Below, one piece after another: positions 16,668 through 25,362 of a stretch of DNA of 64,000 nt; the first letter of the stretch is position 1, and each line of letters opens with the position of its first letter. The translations under genes were made by a program, and so were the position numbers. The notes below the pieces were generated by a model. The model did not search any database. It worked only from the letters and a program-made list of their open reading frames with translations, and had not been told where the DNA came from. The stretch is taken from contig JAYFRF010000009.1 in NCBI GenBank assembly GCA_034926225.1, positions 3,134-67,133 on the forward strand, read 5' to 3'. The stretch is from Clostridiaceae bacterium (lineage in GTDB: Bacteria > Bacillota > Clostridia > Oscillospirales > QAMX01).

Positions 16668-17240
16668 TCAAAATCCCTTTCTCTGGTGCAGCAGTCTTTC
16701 CAAATCATCATTTGGGTTTGCGCCGCTGAAATCCACGGTACAGTTTTCCTTGACGATCTGCATGATGGCGTCCCACTGACGGGCTGCCTGATTCATATAG
16801 TTGATACCGATGTTTATAAACGGAGAAGTGATGGGCTTTCCGGTTGTCGGATGTTTTGAGAGGAAGCCAAGTTCATTGGTCATCTCCTCGCACTGAATCC
16901 ATCGCGCCACGCACATGGCATAGCGCTCTAACGTCTGGGGAGACACATAGGAGGCACAGCCGATATTGTTGAGCCACTGCCATGTTTCCTCGTATACCGC
17001 CTTCGCACGGAGCTCTGTGCCGTCGCGCTGTTTTGCCGAGAGGATGTCTTTCGGCTTCGGCATTGCCGTCCCCTCAACATCGGGAATGTCCAGAACGGTA
17101 AGTTTCCTGCCGCCCGGATTTCCGTTGGCCGCTTTCTCTGTCACGGCCTTTTTCTTGCGTCCGGCGCCGGGTCTTTTTCCGCCCTGTCCGCCGGTGTTAT
17201 TCGATTTTGTCGGCATTTTCTCACCGCCTTTCTTTATCAC
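16668..17240 (-). CDS. terS: Terminase small subunit (P27 family-like)
   Basis: A basic N-terminus is followed by ...AKAVYEETWQWLNNIG...LERYAMCVARWIQCEEM.... It lies adjacent to an HNH endonuclease. The alternative start is the ATG at 17216. Confidence 0.75.
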   Translation of the reverse strand: MIKKGGEKMPTKSNNTGGQGGKRPGAGRKKKAVTEKAANGNPGGRKLTVLDIPDVEGTAMPKPKDILSAKQRDGTELRAKAVYEETWQWLNNIGCASYVSPQTLERYAMCVARWIQCEEMTNELGFLSKHPTTGKPITSPFINIGINYMNQAARQWDAIMQIVKENCTVDFSGANPNDDLERLLHQRKGF

Positions 17241-17330
17241 CCTTCTGATATCGCCGTTTGTTCACACGAAGCCCCACGCCGCTGTCCGCTTGAAAAGGTC
17301 ACAGAGGTAAAATGACCCCACCGGTCGGCA

Positions 17331-17690
17331 TTAGCGGTCGATGTCATTCTTATTTGCCTCAAGGGTTATCCGCGAGTGACACGCCTTGCATAGTGCCATA
17401 AGGTTATGCACGTCGTTGGTGCCGCCCTGACTGAGCGGGAGAATATGATGAATCTCCTCGGTCGGTGTCAGGCGACCAACCTTCTTACATTCCTCGCAGA
17501 GCGGGTGCACCTTGATGAAGCGGTCGCGGATTCGCTTCCACGCACGACCGTACCTTTTGTTCGTCTCCGGCTCACGCTGGAAATGGTTGTAATGATAGTC
17601 TGCCTGTCGTTGGTGCTCCGGGCAGTAAAGACCGCTTGTCAGCGTTGGACAGCCGGGTTGCTGGCACGGGCGCTGGGGCTTCTTCGGCAT
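17331..17690 (-). CDS. HNH endonuclease (packaging-associated)
   Basis: CPEH...HPLCEECKKVGRLTPTEEIHHILPLSQGGTNDVHNLMALCKACH. The start at 17690 has RBS GAGGAGGTG. It sits immediately upstream of terS. Confidence 0.85.
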   Translation of the reverse strand: MPKKPQRPCQQPGCPTLTSGLYCPEHQRQADYHYNHFQREPETNKRYGRAWKRIRDRFIKVHPLCEECKKVGRLTPTEEIHHILPLSQGGTNDVHNLMALCKACHSRITLEANKNDIDR

Positions 17691-17805
17691 GATGTTCACC
17701 TCCTCACGGGCATAAGAAAAGCCCTGCGGGATTGCTCCCACAAGGCTCGCCTTTGCTAAATTTTCTATACTACCATTATACTACATTGCGCCATAACATC
17801 AACTC

Positions 17806-18225
17806 TCATATACTCTCCACTTTGGGAACGACTACTTTGGTCAAAGCCCAATCGCGCATCCGATAAGTGTGCTGAATGCTGTAGCCCATCTTGGCTGCCA
17901 CCTCTTCCCATGTACAGCCGCAGAGGAAACGAAGCTCAAGTAACGTCTGGTATTCCTTATTATCCACTGCCTTGATGGCGGTAACAATCTGCCGCTTGAT
18001 GTCAACCAGACGGTGAATGTCGACGTCGATTTCCGTCTGCAGGTCGACGATCTTTGCGACAGCGTCAGCCATAGATGACAGGCTGTGGCTGGGATTACGG
18101 GGCATTCCCGTTAGTGTTGATGTGCATTTTGTCGCCAGTTCGTTTAGCGAAGCTATCTGTTCGAGCTTACTGTCAATGCGGAGATCAAGGCGATATGCCT
18201 GACTAAGAAAATCCAAAGCCGTCAT
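17806..18225 (-). CDS. Sigma-70 region-4-like phage transcriptional regulator (DUF1492/ArpU-RinA-like late activator)
   Basis: The C-terminus EYQTLLELRFLCGCTWEEVAAKMGYSIQHTYRMRDWAL is HTH-like. It sits just before the packaging genes. The start was refined to the ATG at 18225. Confidence 0.65.
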   Translation of the reverse strand: MTALDFLSQAYRLDLRIDSKLEQIASLNELATKCTSTLTGMPRNPSHSLSSMADAVAKIVDLQTEIDVDIHRLVDIKRQIVTAIKAVDNKEYQTLLELRFLCGCTWEEVAAKMGYSIQHTYRMRDWALTKVVVPKVESI

Positions 18226-18226
18226 A

Positions 18227-18511
18227 TCACCGCACCTCCATTGCACGAATCTGCCGGAGCAGTATTTCACCGTCCAGATTGGAAAGCATTTCAAACCAAC
18301 CGGAGCGAAAGAAGCGCTCCACCTCGTCCCGCACACCTTCATTCTTTATGATTTTATCCCGAAGGACACGCTTGCGTTTATCCGACTGAGCGTCCTTCGT
18401 GTCGAAATCGGGTGTATGCGGATGGCGCTTCAGAAAGTCTAGTGCTTCGCGGTAGTCTCTCGCCGCCTGTACAATAATTGCGTTCGCCAGATTCACATAA
18501 TGGTCGTTCAT
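18227..18511 (-). CDS. Hypothetical phage protein
   Basis: A 94-aa ORF tightly packed with its neighbours. No motif was recognised. Confidence 0.5.
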   Translation of the reverse strand: MNDHYVNLANAIIVQAARDYREALDFLKRHPHTPDFDTKDAQSDKRKRVLRDKIIKNEGVRDEVERFFRSGWFEMLSNLDGEILLRQIRAMEVR

Positions 18512-18569
18512 AATCTGTACCTCCGATAATTTATTACCCTCGGATTGGCACGGATTGTCGATGATTGTC

Positions 18570-19949
18570 TCATATTTGCAGAACGGCTTTTACGGCATCG
18601 ATCAGGGCGGCTTGGGTACTGTCCTTCATGGATAACACCTTCAGAACCCGCTCGTCGATAGTACCTTTTGCCACAATGTGCTGCACCACAACCGTTTCGG
18701 CACTCTGTCCCTGTCGCCACAGGCGGGCGTTGGTCTGCTGATATAATTCCAGTGACCAGGTTAGCCCGAACCAGACGATGCAGGAGCCACCACTTTGTAG
18801 ATTTAACCCGTGACCGGCGGACGCCGGATGGATAAGCGCCACGGGTAGCTCTCCGGCGTTCCAGCGTATTATACTGTCAGCGCTGTCCAGCTTAGAAAAC
18901 GGAACATGGAACTTTTGTAGCCGCTCCATAATGCGGGCAAGGTCATGCTTGAACCAGTAGGCCACAAGAAGTGGCTTGCCACCAGCGGCTTCGATAATAT
19001 CCTCCAGTGCGTCCAGCTTTCTATCATGGATAGCTATGGTATCACCGTCGTCGGTGTATATAGCGCCGTTTGCCATCTGGCACAGCTTCCCGGTAAGCGC
19101 GGCGGCGTTTGCGGCGGTGATGTCTCCGTCCGGGAGCTGCAGCACGAGGTCTTGCTTTAACTCGTCGTAGTGCTTGCGCTCATCCTCGGAGAGCCAGACG
19201 GTATACTCGCTGCTGACTAGCTCTGGCATTTTCAGAAGCTCGGTGGAGCGCATGGAGATGGTGATGTCGGAGATTTTGTCGTAAATTCGCCGCTCCGCGC
19301 CGGGCAGGGGTTTGTAGTTGAAGATGACCTGCCCGTTGCGCTTGTCCGGCTGGAAGTATTCGAGGCGGTAGTGGCTGATAAAGCGTCCGAGCCGAGCGCC
19401 CATATCCAGCAGCCGGAACTCAGCCCACAAATCCATGAGACCGTTACTGCTGGGCGTGCCTGTGAGCCCGATGATGCGTTTTACCTTTGGCCGTACCTTC
19501 ATCAACGCCCGGAAGCGCTTTGTTTGATAATTCTTGAATGAAGACAGCTCGTCTATTACGACGGTATCGTAGTTGAACGGCAGCTTGCTGTCCTCGATCA
19601 GCCATTGGACGTTTTCGCGGTTGATGATGTAGATGTCGGCTGGTTTTATAAGAGCTGCCCGGCGCTCAGCCTCGGTACCGACAGCCACGCTGTATGTCAG
19701 ATTGCTCAAATGAGTCCATTTGCTAAATTCTTTCGGCCAGCTCATATAGGCAACTCGTAAAGGTGCGATTACTAACACTCTATGGATTTCAAAGCTATCA
19801 AACAATAGATCGTACAGAGCCGTCAGTGTAATAATTGTTTTTCCTAAGCCACAATCAAGGAATATCGCAGATATCGGTTGATTTTCGATAAAATCTACGC
19901 TGAAATTCTGGTAATAGTGTAGACTATCTCTACTTAGTGAATCTGCCAT
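18570..19949 (-). CDS. SNF2-family helicase
   Basis: LDCGLGKTI (motif I), VIDELSSFKN (DExx box), and the C-terminal helicase motif RLWRQGQ. Confidence 0.9.
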   Translation of the reverse strand: MADSLSRDSLHYYQNFSVDFIENQPISAIFLDCGLGKTIITLTALYDLLFDSFEIHRVLVIAPLRVAYMSWPKEFSKWTHLSNLTYSVAVGTEAERRAALIKPADIYIINRENVQWLIEDSKLPFNYDTVVIDELSSFKNYQTKRFRALMKVRPKVKRIIGLTGTPSSNGLMDLWAEFRLLDMGARLGRFISHYRLEYFQPDKRNGQVIFNYKPLPGAERRIYDKISDITISMRSTELLKMPELVSSEYTVWLSEDERKHYDELKQDLVLQLPDGDITAANAAALTGKLCQMANGAIYTDDGDTIAIHDRKLDALEDIIEAAGGKPLLVAYWFKHDLARIMERLQKFHVPFSKLDSADSIIRWNAGELPVALIHPASAGHGLNLQSGGSCIVWFGLTWSLELYQQTNARLWRQGQSAETVVVQHIVAKGTIDERVLKVLSMKDSTQAALIDAVKAVLQI

Positions 19950-20274
19950 TTTTGTCTCTCCTTTTACGCATCGCGTGAATTCTCATGTGCTCATTTCTGT
20001 TTATCACAAGAAGATTGCTTAAATTATTGTTGTAGTGATCCCCGTCAATGTGGTGAACTTCGTCGCTTGCCGTCAGCTCTCGTCCTAGATTGTGTTCAGC
20101 TATTTACCGATACAGCACTTTACCAGACACCCTTTGATTTTTTGCACCGGCTTTCTTTGACTTTTGCGGCATATGACATTCAGCACAACAATAGTGGTGC
20201 TTGTTACGTTGCCCATGCCGATCTCGCTTTGTTATTTCTTTTCCACACCAATCGCACTTAACGGTTGATTTCAT
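19930..20274 (-). pseudogene. Small HNH endonuclease interrupted by an in-frame TAA (20104-20106)
   Basis: Upstream part: MKSTVKCDWCGKEITKRDRHGQRNKHHYCCAEC...KVLYR. Then TAA, then the same frame continues IAEHNLGRELTASDEVHHIDGDHYNNNLSNLLVINRNEHMRIHAMRK, which is the HNH core. Confidence 0.7.
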
Positions 20275-20536
20275 CGAGTATCCCTCCAATCTGCTGCTCA
20301 TCATCAAGGACGTAAACCTTAAAGCCGAGTTTTCTAAGCATCCTGTGTCTTGCCGTCTGCAGCGGTCTCGGCTTTTCTTCAGGCGCTTTCACTTCCACGA
20401 ACGCCATCTTGCCGCCCGGAAAGAGCAGCAGTCTGTCCGGCATCCCGTCATAACCAGGAGATACGAACTTGGGGGCGATGCCGCCGGCCGCCTTGACCGC
20501 ATTCACCAGTTTTCGCTCAATCTGTTTTTCTCTCAT
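20258..20536 (-). CDS. VRR-NUC domain nuclease
   Basis: GMPDRLLLFPGGKMAFVEVKAPEEKPRPLQTARHRMLRKLGFKVYV. The start was refined to the ATG at 20536. Confidence 0.8.
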   Translation of the reverse strand: MREKQIERKLVNAVKAAGGIAPKFVSPGYDGMPDRLLLFPGGKMAFVEVKAPEEKPRPLQTARHRMLRKLGFKVYVLDDEQQIGGILDEINR

Positions 20537-21020
20537 ATTCCAGCACCTCAAATGCCACCGCTTTCGCCGCCTCAAGCGTTTCAATCCTTCGGTTTTCCCA
20601 CCACTGGTACGGTTCACCGCCAATGATGACCTTGTAGAATTCTCTGCCGCGAAAGCTGTCTATTTCTGCCGTTATGGTTTTGCGGGTTTTGGGTAGTACC
20701 ATGAATCCTGCCGGATGTTCCACCCACTGCTTTTTCATAAACGCTCTTTTCCGTGACTCTTTGCGTTTTGCCGCATCGTCGCGCTCCTGGGCCGCCCGCA
20801 TATTCCCGGACATGGTGCCGTCGCATACGCAGCCGACCCGGAACTCACCGTTCCACTGGGGATGAAGCATAACGTGAACATATTTGATGCGGTCATAATC
20901 GCAGAGTTCACAGGTGAAGGTCGCGTCTTTCATCGTTTCGACGTTCTCGCAAATCCATCCGCTGTGGGGAGCGCCAATGGATTCCAGTCTTGCGATACAT
21001 TTCTGCGAATATCCGCTCAC
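20517..21020 (-). CDS. Hypothetical protein (Cys-rich N-terminal region)
   Basis: A 167-aa ORF with a GTG start after RBS ACGGAGGAG. No family was recognised. Confidence 0.55.
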   Translation of the reverse strand: MSGYSQKCIARLESIGAPHSGWICENVETMKDATFTCELCDYDRIKYVHVMLHPQWNGEFRVGCVCDGTMSGNMRAAQERDDAAKRKESRKRAFMKKQWVEHPAGFMVLPKTRKTITAEIDSFRGREFYKVIIGGEPYQWWENRRIETLEAAKAVAFEVLEYERKTD

Positions 21021-21185
21021 TTTTACTCCTCCGTTCTGACAAAAATAATGAATGTAACGAAAGTAACTACTTGTAGGAGAAACATATATCTCGTATAGGG
21101 CTTTTTCTTTACGACCCCCATGAAATTAAAACTACATATATATGCGGTTGTCTTCCGAATGAGGGTGTTACGGGGGTTATTCTCG

Positions 21186-24053
21186 TTACAGAAACTCTTC
21201 AGCCTCGGTATCGACGTCAATTTTTAGGCATACGACGCGGGTGTTGACGCCTTGAATCCGCTTCTGAGTCTGGTTGTTGTTGCCGCCCTCCGAATTGGAA
21301 AAGCTCTCGATATACTCTCTGTCATGGAATCCCTTGATGCACTTGGTGTAGATGAACCCGGCATCCTCCAAAGCCTCCCGCAGAACCGACGCGATAACGA
21401 ATACATGATGCTTGTCGATTTTTCCGTAACAGGGAGATACAGCCGTATCGAAACGGTTTTTGTTTTCCGCGACCCATCCTTCAACAAAATGCCATGCTCT
21501 ATCCACGGAATCTTCCTTTTCCAGTGACTTGCAGTTGTGCAGAAGCGTCATGCCGAGTTCCAGCGCCTCCGCTATGGCATCCTCGTCGCTCATACTGAAA
21601 AGGCACTCGGAGGAATATTTGTCGGCAAGGGTGATAGCGGCGATGTTGTCCAGATGTGCGCCGGGGTCGCCGAGGTCAAGCATTTCAAAGGACTTTTTCA
21701 GTACACTGCGAATCTTAGTGTAGTCGCCGCTCAATTTGCCTTTGACCGGCATAACCTTTTCAACCAGATACCTTACAAACTTCTCTCCGGCAAAACCGTA
21801 ATTATCTTCGCTTACCTGGTGGACATATCGCCCGTACTCCATGTCCTCAATGGGTTGACCGTAGACCTCCAGAACACGGGTGTTGATGCCGTCCATAGAG
21901 GTTTCGTTTGTGATGGGCTGCTCCCCGGTAGAAATGATGCTGTTGAGCCAGGTTGGTACTTCCTGCAGACCGCCGTTTTTTGAACCTCTGGTCTTGCCGT
22001 AGCCGTTGCCAAGAGAGTACACGATTGTAGAGGAGGACAGCCTCTTTTCGTTCAGCACCTGCAGTTCATCCAGACCAAGCGGCAGATGCTTCAGCGTTCC
22101 GGCTCTGCGTTCCAGTCCGACCGCTGTGGAGTTAAAATTGCCCATGAGTTTCAGCGGATTGCCCCAAACGGAAAGGGAGAACTTCAGCATGGCGGTCTTT
22201 CCGCTCCCGGATGCGTACCAGAAGTGGATGTTGATGATTCTGTTCTGCAGCGGACTCAGCATCGGGGAAACAAAGGAACCCGCCAGCATCGCTCTCGATA
22301 CGGCCGACTTCCGCAGTTCTTTTGCGGTTTCAAGCCACACCGCGAAGTCACCCTTGGCTGTTAGCGCCGGGAGTATCTCCTCGCCGTCGTCACCGTCAAA
22401 CACGATTTCGCCATCCGTGACATAAGGGTAGAACTCTTTCCCTATCCAGCCGATTCTGCTCACGCTGCGGATAAAGGGAATGACGCCGCCGTTCTCGGTT
22501 TCATAATCGGTGAAATACCGCACCATGCCCTCGGAGTTGTCGGAGGACACCAGAAGACCGCTGTCTGCGTATTTTACGAGGGAGGTCTTATTGAACAGAT
22601 TTGATCGGGGAGCGCGTAGGGTCTTCCACTTGCCGTTTCTCATGAAAGCAAGCTCCATCATTTCCAAACCGCTGTCGATATTCTCAAGCCTTGCGGTGAT
22701 AACCACGGGCTGATGGCAGAGGCAGACTTTAGCGGGGACGCCGTTGAAGATGGATGTGGCGGTTACGCCCTCCTCGATGCTGATCTGGTATCCGGCAGGT
22801 TCCACAGCGCCGTTAAGGTCGATGCCGTCAAGGTTGATATCTGCCTGCATACTATCAAACTCCGGCTCGACCGCTTTTTCCGCTGTGAACTTGACGGCGT
22901 GTTCAAAATCGCGTATACCCACACCGGATGTTTTAATGAGCTGCTTGAGCCGGGCGTAGAGGGCGGGTGCTTTTACTTTCGCGTACCCGGCGAGCCGCAG
23001 AGTGCGGTCATCCAGAGCCTCGTCGCCGTCAACCTTCTTTTTTGTCAGCAATATTTCAAGTTGTTCATGGAGAGAAAGCAGCGCATGGACGACCGGTGCC
23101 TTTACACCGCAGCCTCCCGTAGGACAGTCGAAGCAGAGGTTCTCCCGGATATACCGGCAGGTGACCGGGCGCTTTACCTTCTGCGACCGCTGAATCTTCC
23201 TCTCCGTTTCCTCTTCGGAATAACCGTCGTACAAGGCGCTCCACTCATGGAACAGCTCCGCGCCGTCTGGGACGAGGGAGATGTTGTCGCACATGGCTTT
23301 CCATTCTGGCTCGGTCACACCGTTGGGGTCGTTTTTGAGTTTCTGCACAAAAGCGCAACGTTCCATAATCCTGTTCGCGCTGCCCGTTGTTTCCGGATCT
23401 GCCTCAAACGGCTCTTTGTCGAAAGACGTAGGTTTTTCGTAGTATTCGGCAAAGTCCTCAAGGGCATAGCGCGGACCGTCAAAGGAAATGACCGTACAGG
23501 GTATCGGCTCGTCCAACTTGTGGTTTATACTGCCGGGAGCGCGGAACATATGGGAAATATTATACACGTTGTCCAGCTTCCAACCGCGCTTCGCTGCCTC
23601 TCCCATCAGCAACTTTCCGAATCCCCGGAGCAGACCTTTCGCCCGTTCACGGGTGTCGTCATCCGCAAGGGAGACAGGCTCCTTAATAAGGTAATAGCCG
23701 TATATGCCGTAGCCGGAGTCCACGAAGCCCGTGGGTTTTATCTTCATCTCATCGAGGAAGGTCATGGCCGAATCCTTGTCCGGCGGCAGTTCAGTTTCTT
23801 TATGGGCGGGACCGTGAACGTCGATATCCGCCACAAAGGCAATTAGTGTTTCCACATCATCGTCCTCACCACGGAGGTTCGGCGACAGGTCAGCTCTTCG
23901 TGTGTTGGGGTTGATATACACATTCCTGCTTTTACCGAGTTCGACCACGCGGTCATAGACCCCGTCCGCCGGGACGCGGTAGTGCTTTCTGTCTGGCAGA
24001 GTCGTGATTATGACCGCATTGCCAAACAGCTTATAAAATTCGCGCTCGTTCAT
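21186..24053 (-). CDS. Primase-polymerase / SF3-type replicative helicase fusion (DUF927 / P4-D5-like)
   Basis: A 955-aa ORF. The N-terminal prim-pol-like region has IAFVADIDVHGPAHK, and a central Walker A reads YASGSGKTAMLK. It sits next to the DNA polymerase. Confidence 0.75.
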   Translation of the reverse strand: MNEREFYKLFGNAVIITTLPDRKHYRVPADGVYDRVVELGKSRNVYINPNTRRADLSPNLRGEDDDVETLIAFVADIDVHGPAHKETELPPDKDSAMTFLDEMKIKPTGFVDSGYGIYGYYLIKEPVSLADDDTRERAKGLLRGFGKLLMGEAAKRGWKLDNVYNISHMFRAPGSINHKLDEPIPCTVISFDGPRYALEDFAEYYEKPTSFDKEPFEADPETTGSANRIMERCAFVQKLKNDPNGVTEPEWKAMCDNISLVPDGAELFHEWSALYDGYSEEETERKIQRSQKVKRPVTCRYIRENLCFDCPTGGCGVKAPVVHALLSLHEQLEILLTKKKVDGDEALDDRTLRLAGYAKVKAPALYARLKQLIKTSGVGIRDFEHAVKFTAEKAVEPEFDSMQADINLDGIDLNGAVEPAGYQISIEEGVTATSIFNGVPAKVCLCHQPVVITARLENIDSGLEMMELAFMRNGKWKTLRAPRSNLFNKTSLVKYADSGLLVSSDNSEGMVRYFTDYETENGGVIPFIRSVSRIGWIGKEFYPYVTDGEIVFDGDDGEEILPALTAKGDFAVWLETAKELRKSAVSRAMLAGSFVSPMLSPLQNRIINIHFWYASGSGKTAMLKFSLSVWGNPLKLMGNFNSTAVGLERRAGTLKHLPLGLDELQVLNEKRLSSSTIVYSLGNGYGKTRGSKNGGLQEVPTWLNSIISTGEQPITNETSMDGINTRVLEVYGQPIEDMEYGRYVHQVSEDNYGFAGEKFVRYLVEKVMPVKGKLSGDYTKIRSVLKKSFEMLDLGDPGAHLDNIAAITLADKYSSECLFSMSDEDAIAEALELGMTLLHNCKSLEKEDSVDRAWHFVEGWVAENKNRFDTAVSPCYGKIDKHHVFVIASVLREALEDAGFIYTKCIKGFHDREYIESFSNSEGGNNNQTQKRIQGVNTRVVCLKIDVDTEAEEFL

Positions 24054-24390
24054 AATTTTTGCACCTGTCTTCCTCGGTTACGAATTTGATGGTCATATTC
24101 TTTTCACTCGCCCTGTCAAACTCCGCTTCCATACCGGGACTGAGGCGGTCGCCGCATACCCAGACTTCGCTGCATCTGTCCATGAGGGCATTACCAAAGG
24201 ACATACCGAGTTTTCGTTCCGCCAGGTCGGTATCGTCCATAAACTGCGGAAACAAAAGATGAGGCGCAACGGGGATGTATCCCTTATCCACGGCAAGGCG
24301 GCAATATTCTCTCGCCGCCTTTACGTTCGCCGCCACATCCCCGGAGTAGGGACTGCAGATATACACGAGCGGTCGTTTATTGTCCGTCAT
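24031..24390 (-). CDS. DUF4406 / nucleoside 2-deoxyribosyltransferase-like protein
   Basis: PLVYICSPYSGDVAANVKAAREYCRLAVDKGYIPVAPHLLFPQF... matches my recollection of the DUF4406 fold family. Confidence 0.55.
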   Translation of the reverse strand: MTDNKRPLVYICSPYSGDVAANVKAAREYCRLAVDKGYIPVAPHLLFPQFMDDTDLAERKLGMSFGNALMDRCSEVWVCGDRLSPGMEAEFDRASEKNMTIKFVTEEDRCKNYERARIL

Positions 24391-24766
24391 GACGCACCTC
24401 CATTACCTTGTCGAGGAGATCGTCCACAAAGAGCTCGCATTCCTCCGGGATGAGTTCATGGACATCTTCGATATCAAAGCTGTCGAAAAGCTCCCGGAGC
24501 GCCGCACCGTATCCCATATCGGAGAAAGCCTCCACAAGGAGCGCGACCGCGTCGAAGTTGATATTGCTTGTGTGCATCATCCTGTCGGTGCAGTCTGCGC
24601 AATTCACCTCTGTGTCATAGGGGTCTTGCGCTCCGGCGAGAATAAGCTCCCGCAGATCCATCTGAATTTCCTTGCCGCATACGGCGCAGCGGGTATAAGT
24701 GGTCTTTGCCGTAACGGGACCGCACACGACCGCGCCGTCCTTCAGCTTCGTTTTTGTGTAAATCAT
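24377..24766 (-). CDS. Hypothetical protein (CxxC...CxxC zinc-ribbon-like)
   Basis: The start was refined to the ATG at 24766, after GGAGGTA plus 6 nt. It contains the CAVCGKE...CADC pair. Confidence 0.55.
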   Translation of the reverse strand: MIYTKTKLKDGAVVCGPVTAKTTYTRCAVCGKEIQMDLRELILAGAQDPYDTEVNCADCTDRMMHTSNINFDAVALLVEAFSDMGYGAALRELFDSFDIEDVHELIPEECELFVDDLLDKVMEVRHDGQ

Positions 24767-24804
24767 CTTCTCTACCTCCGCAGTATTCGTGATGAACGGA
24801 AAAT

Positions 24805-24848
24805 CCGTCCTCACCTCGTACAGGACAGGCAAGAACGGAAACCGTACC
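24805..24848 (-). repeat. 44-nt conserved intergenic element, copy A
   Basis: ccgtcctc-acctcgtacaggacaggc-aagaacgg-aaaccgtacc. It ends exactly 38 nt before the ATG at 24766. Confidence 0.8.
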
Positions 24849-24852
24849 ATAT

Positions 24853-25362
24853 TTAATCTTTTTTCTGCTGACGTCGATTACGTTGTTGTTCTTGGATTGA
24901 TATCCATCGGCAGTTTTCTGGACAGTAGTTGCCGTCCGGGTTAATTCGATCAATAGTAAGCCCCATTTGATAGCCGGATTTCATGGCCCATTCTCGGAAG
25001 GGCAAATATTCATCCCATTCTTGGCAGATGGATATACCTCTTGCTCCGTAATAGTGAAAATCATGGTTTCTCGGATTACGGCACCGTTGCCGCATTTGAC
25101 TCCACACGGCCCTCAACGACTCGTTGTAATAACCGTGTTTTGTAGCTTTTTTGCGCATATAATCTTGCCTTAGACATCCGCAACTTTTTGTACTTCCGCA
25201 TCTTAAGCTGGCTGCTTGAACTGAAATAATCCGCCCACATTCACACGAACATGAATAGATAACTCTCTTTTTAATGTTTGGGAGTCTGTTGTTTACACTC
25301 AGTCTTCCAAATTTCATCCCAGTGAGATCAATAAAGTTGTTTCCACCGTGCATAACTATCAC
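24853..25362 (-). CDS. Free-standing HNH-like homing-endonuclease-family protein
   Basis: FGRLSV...CSCECG...GSTKSCGC...YGARGISICQEW...IDRINPDGNYCPENCRW. This family is commonly annotated as HNH endonuclease in phages. It is AT-richer than its neighbours and abuts the polymerase stop codon. Confidence 0.65.
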   Translation of the reverse strand: MIVMHGGNNFIDLTGMKFGRLSVNNRLPNIKKRVIYSCSCECGRIISVQAASLRCGSTKSCGCLRQDYMRKKATKHGYYNESLRAVWSQMRQRCRNPRNHDFHYYGARGISICQEWDEYLPFREWAMKSGYQMGLTIDRINPDGNYCPENCRWISIQEQQRNRRQQKKD

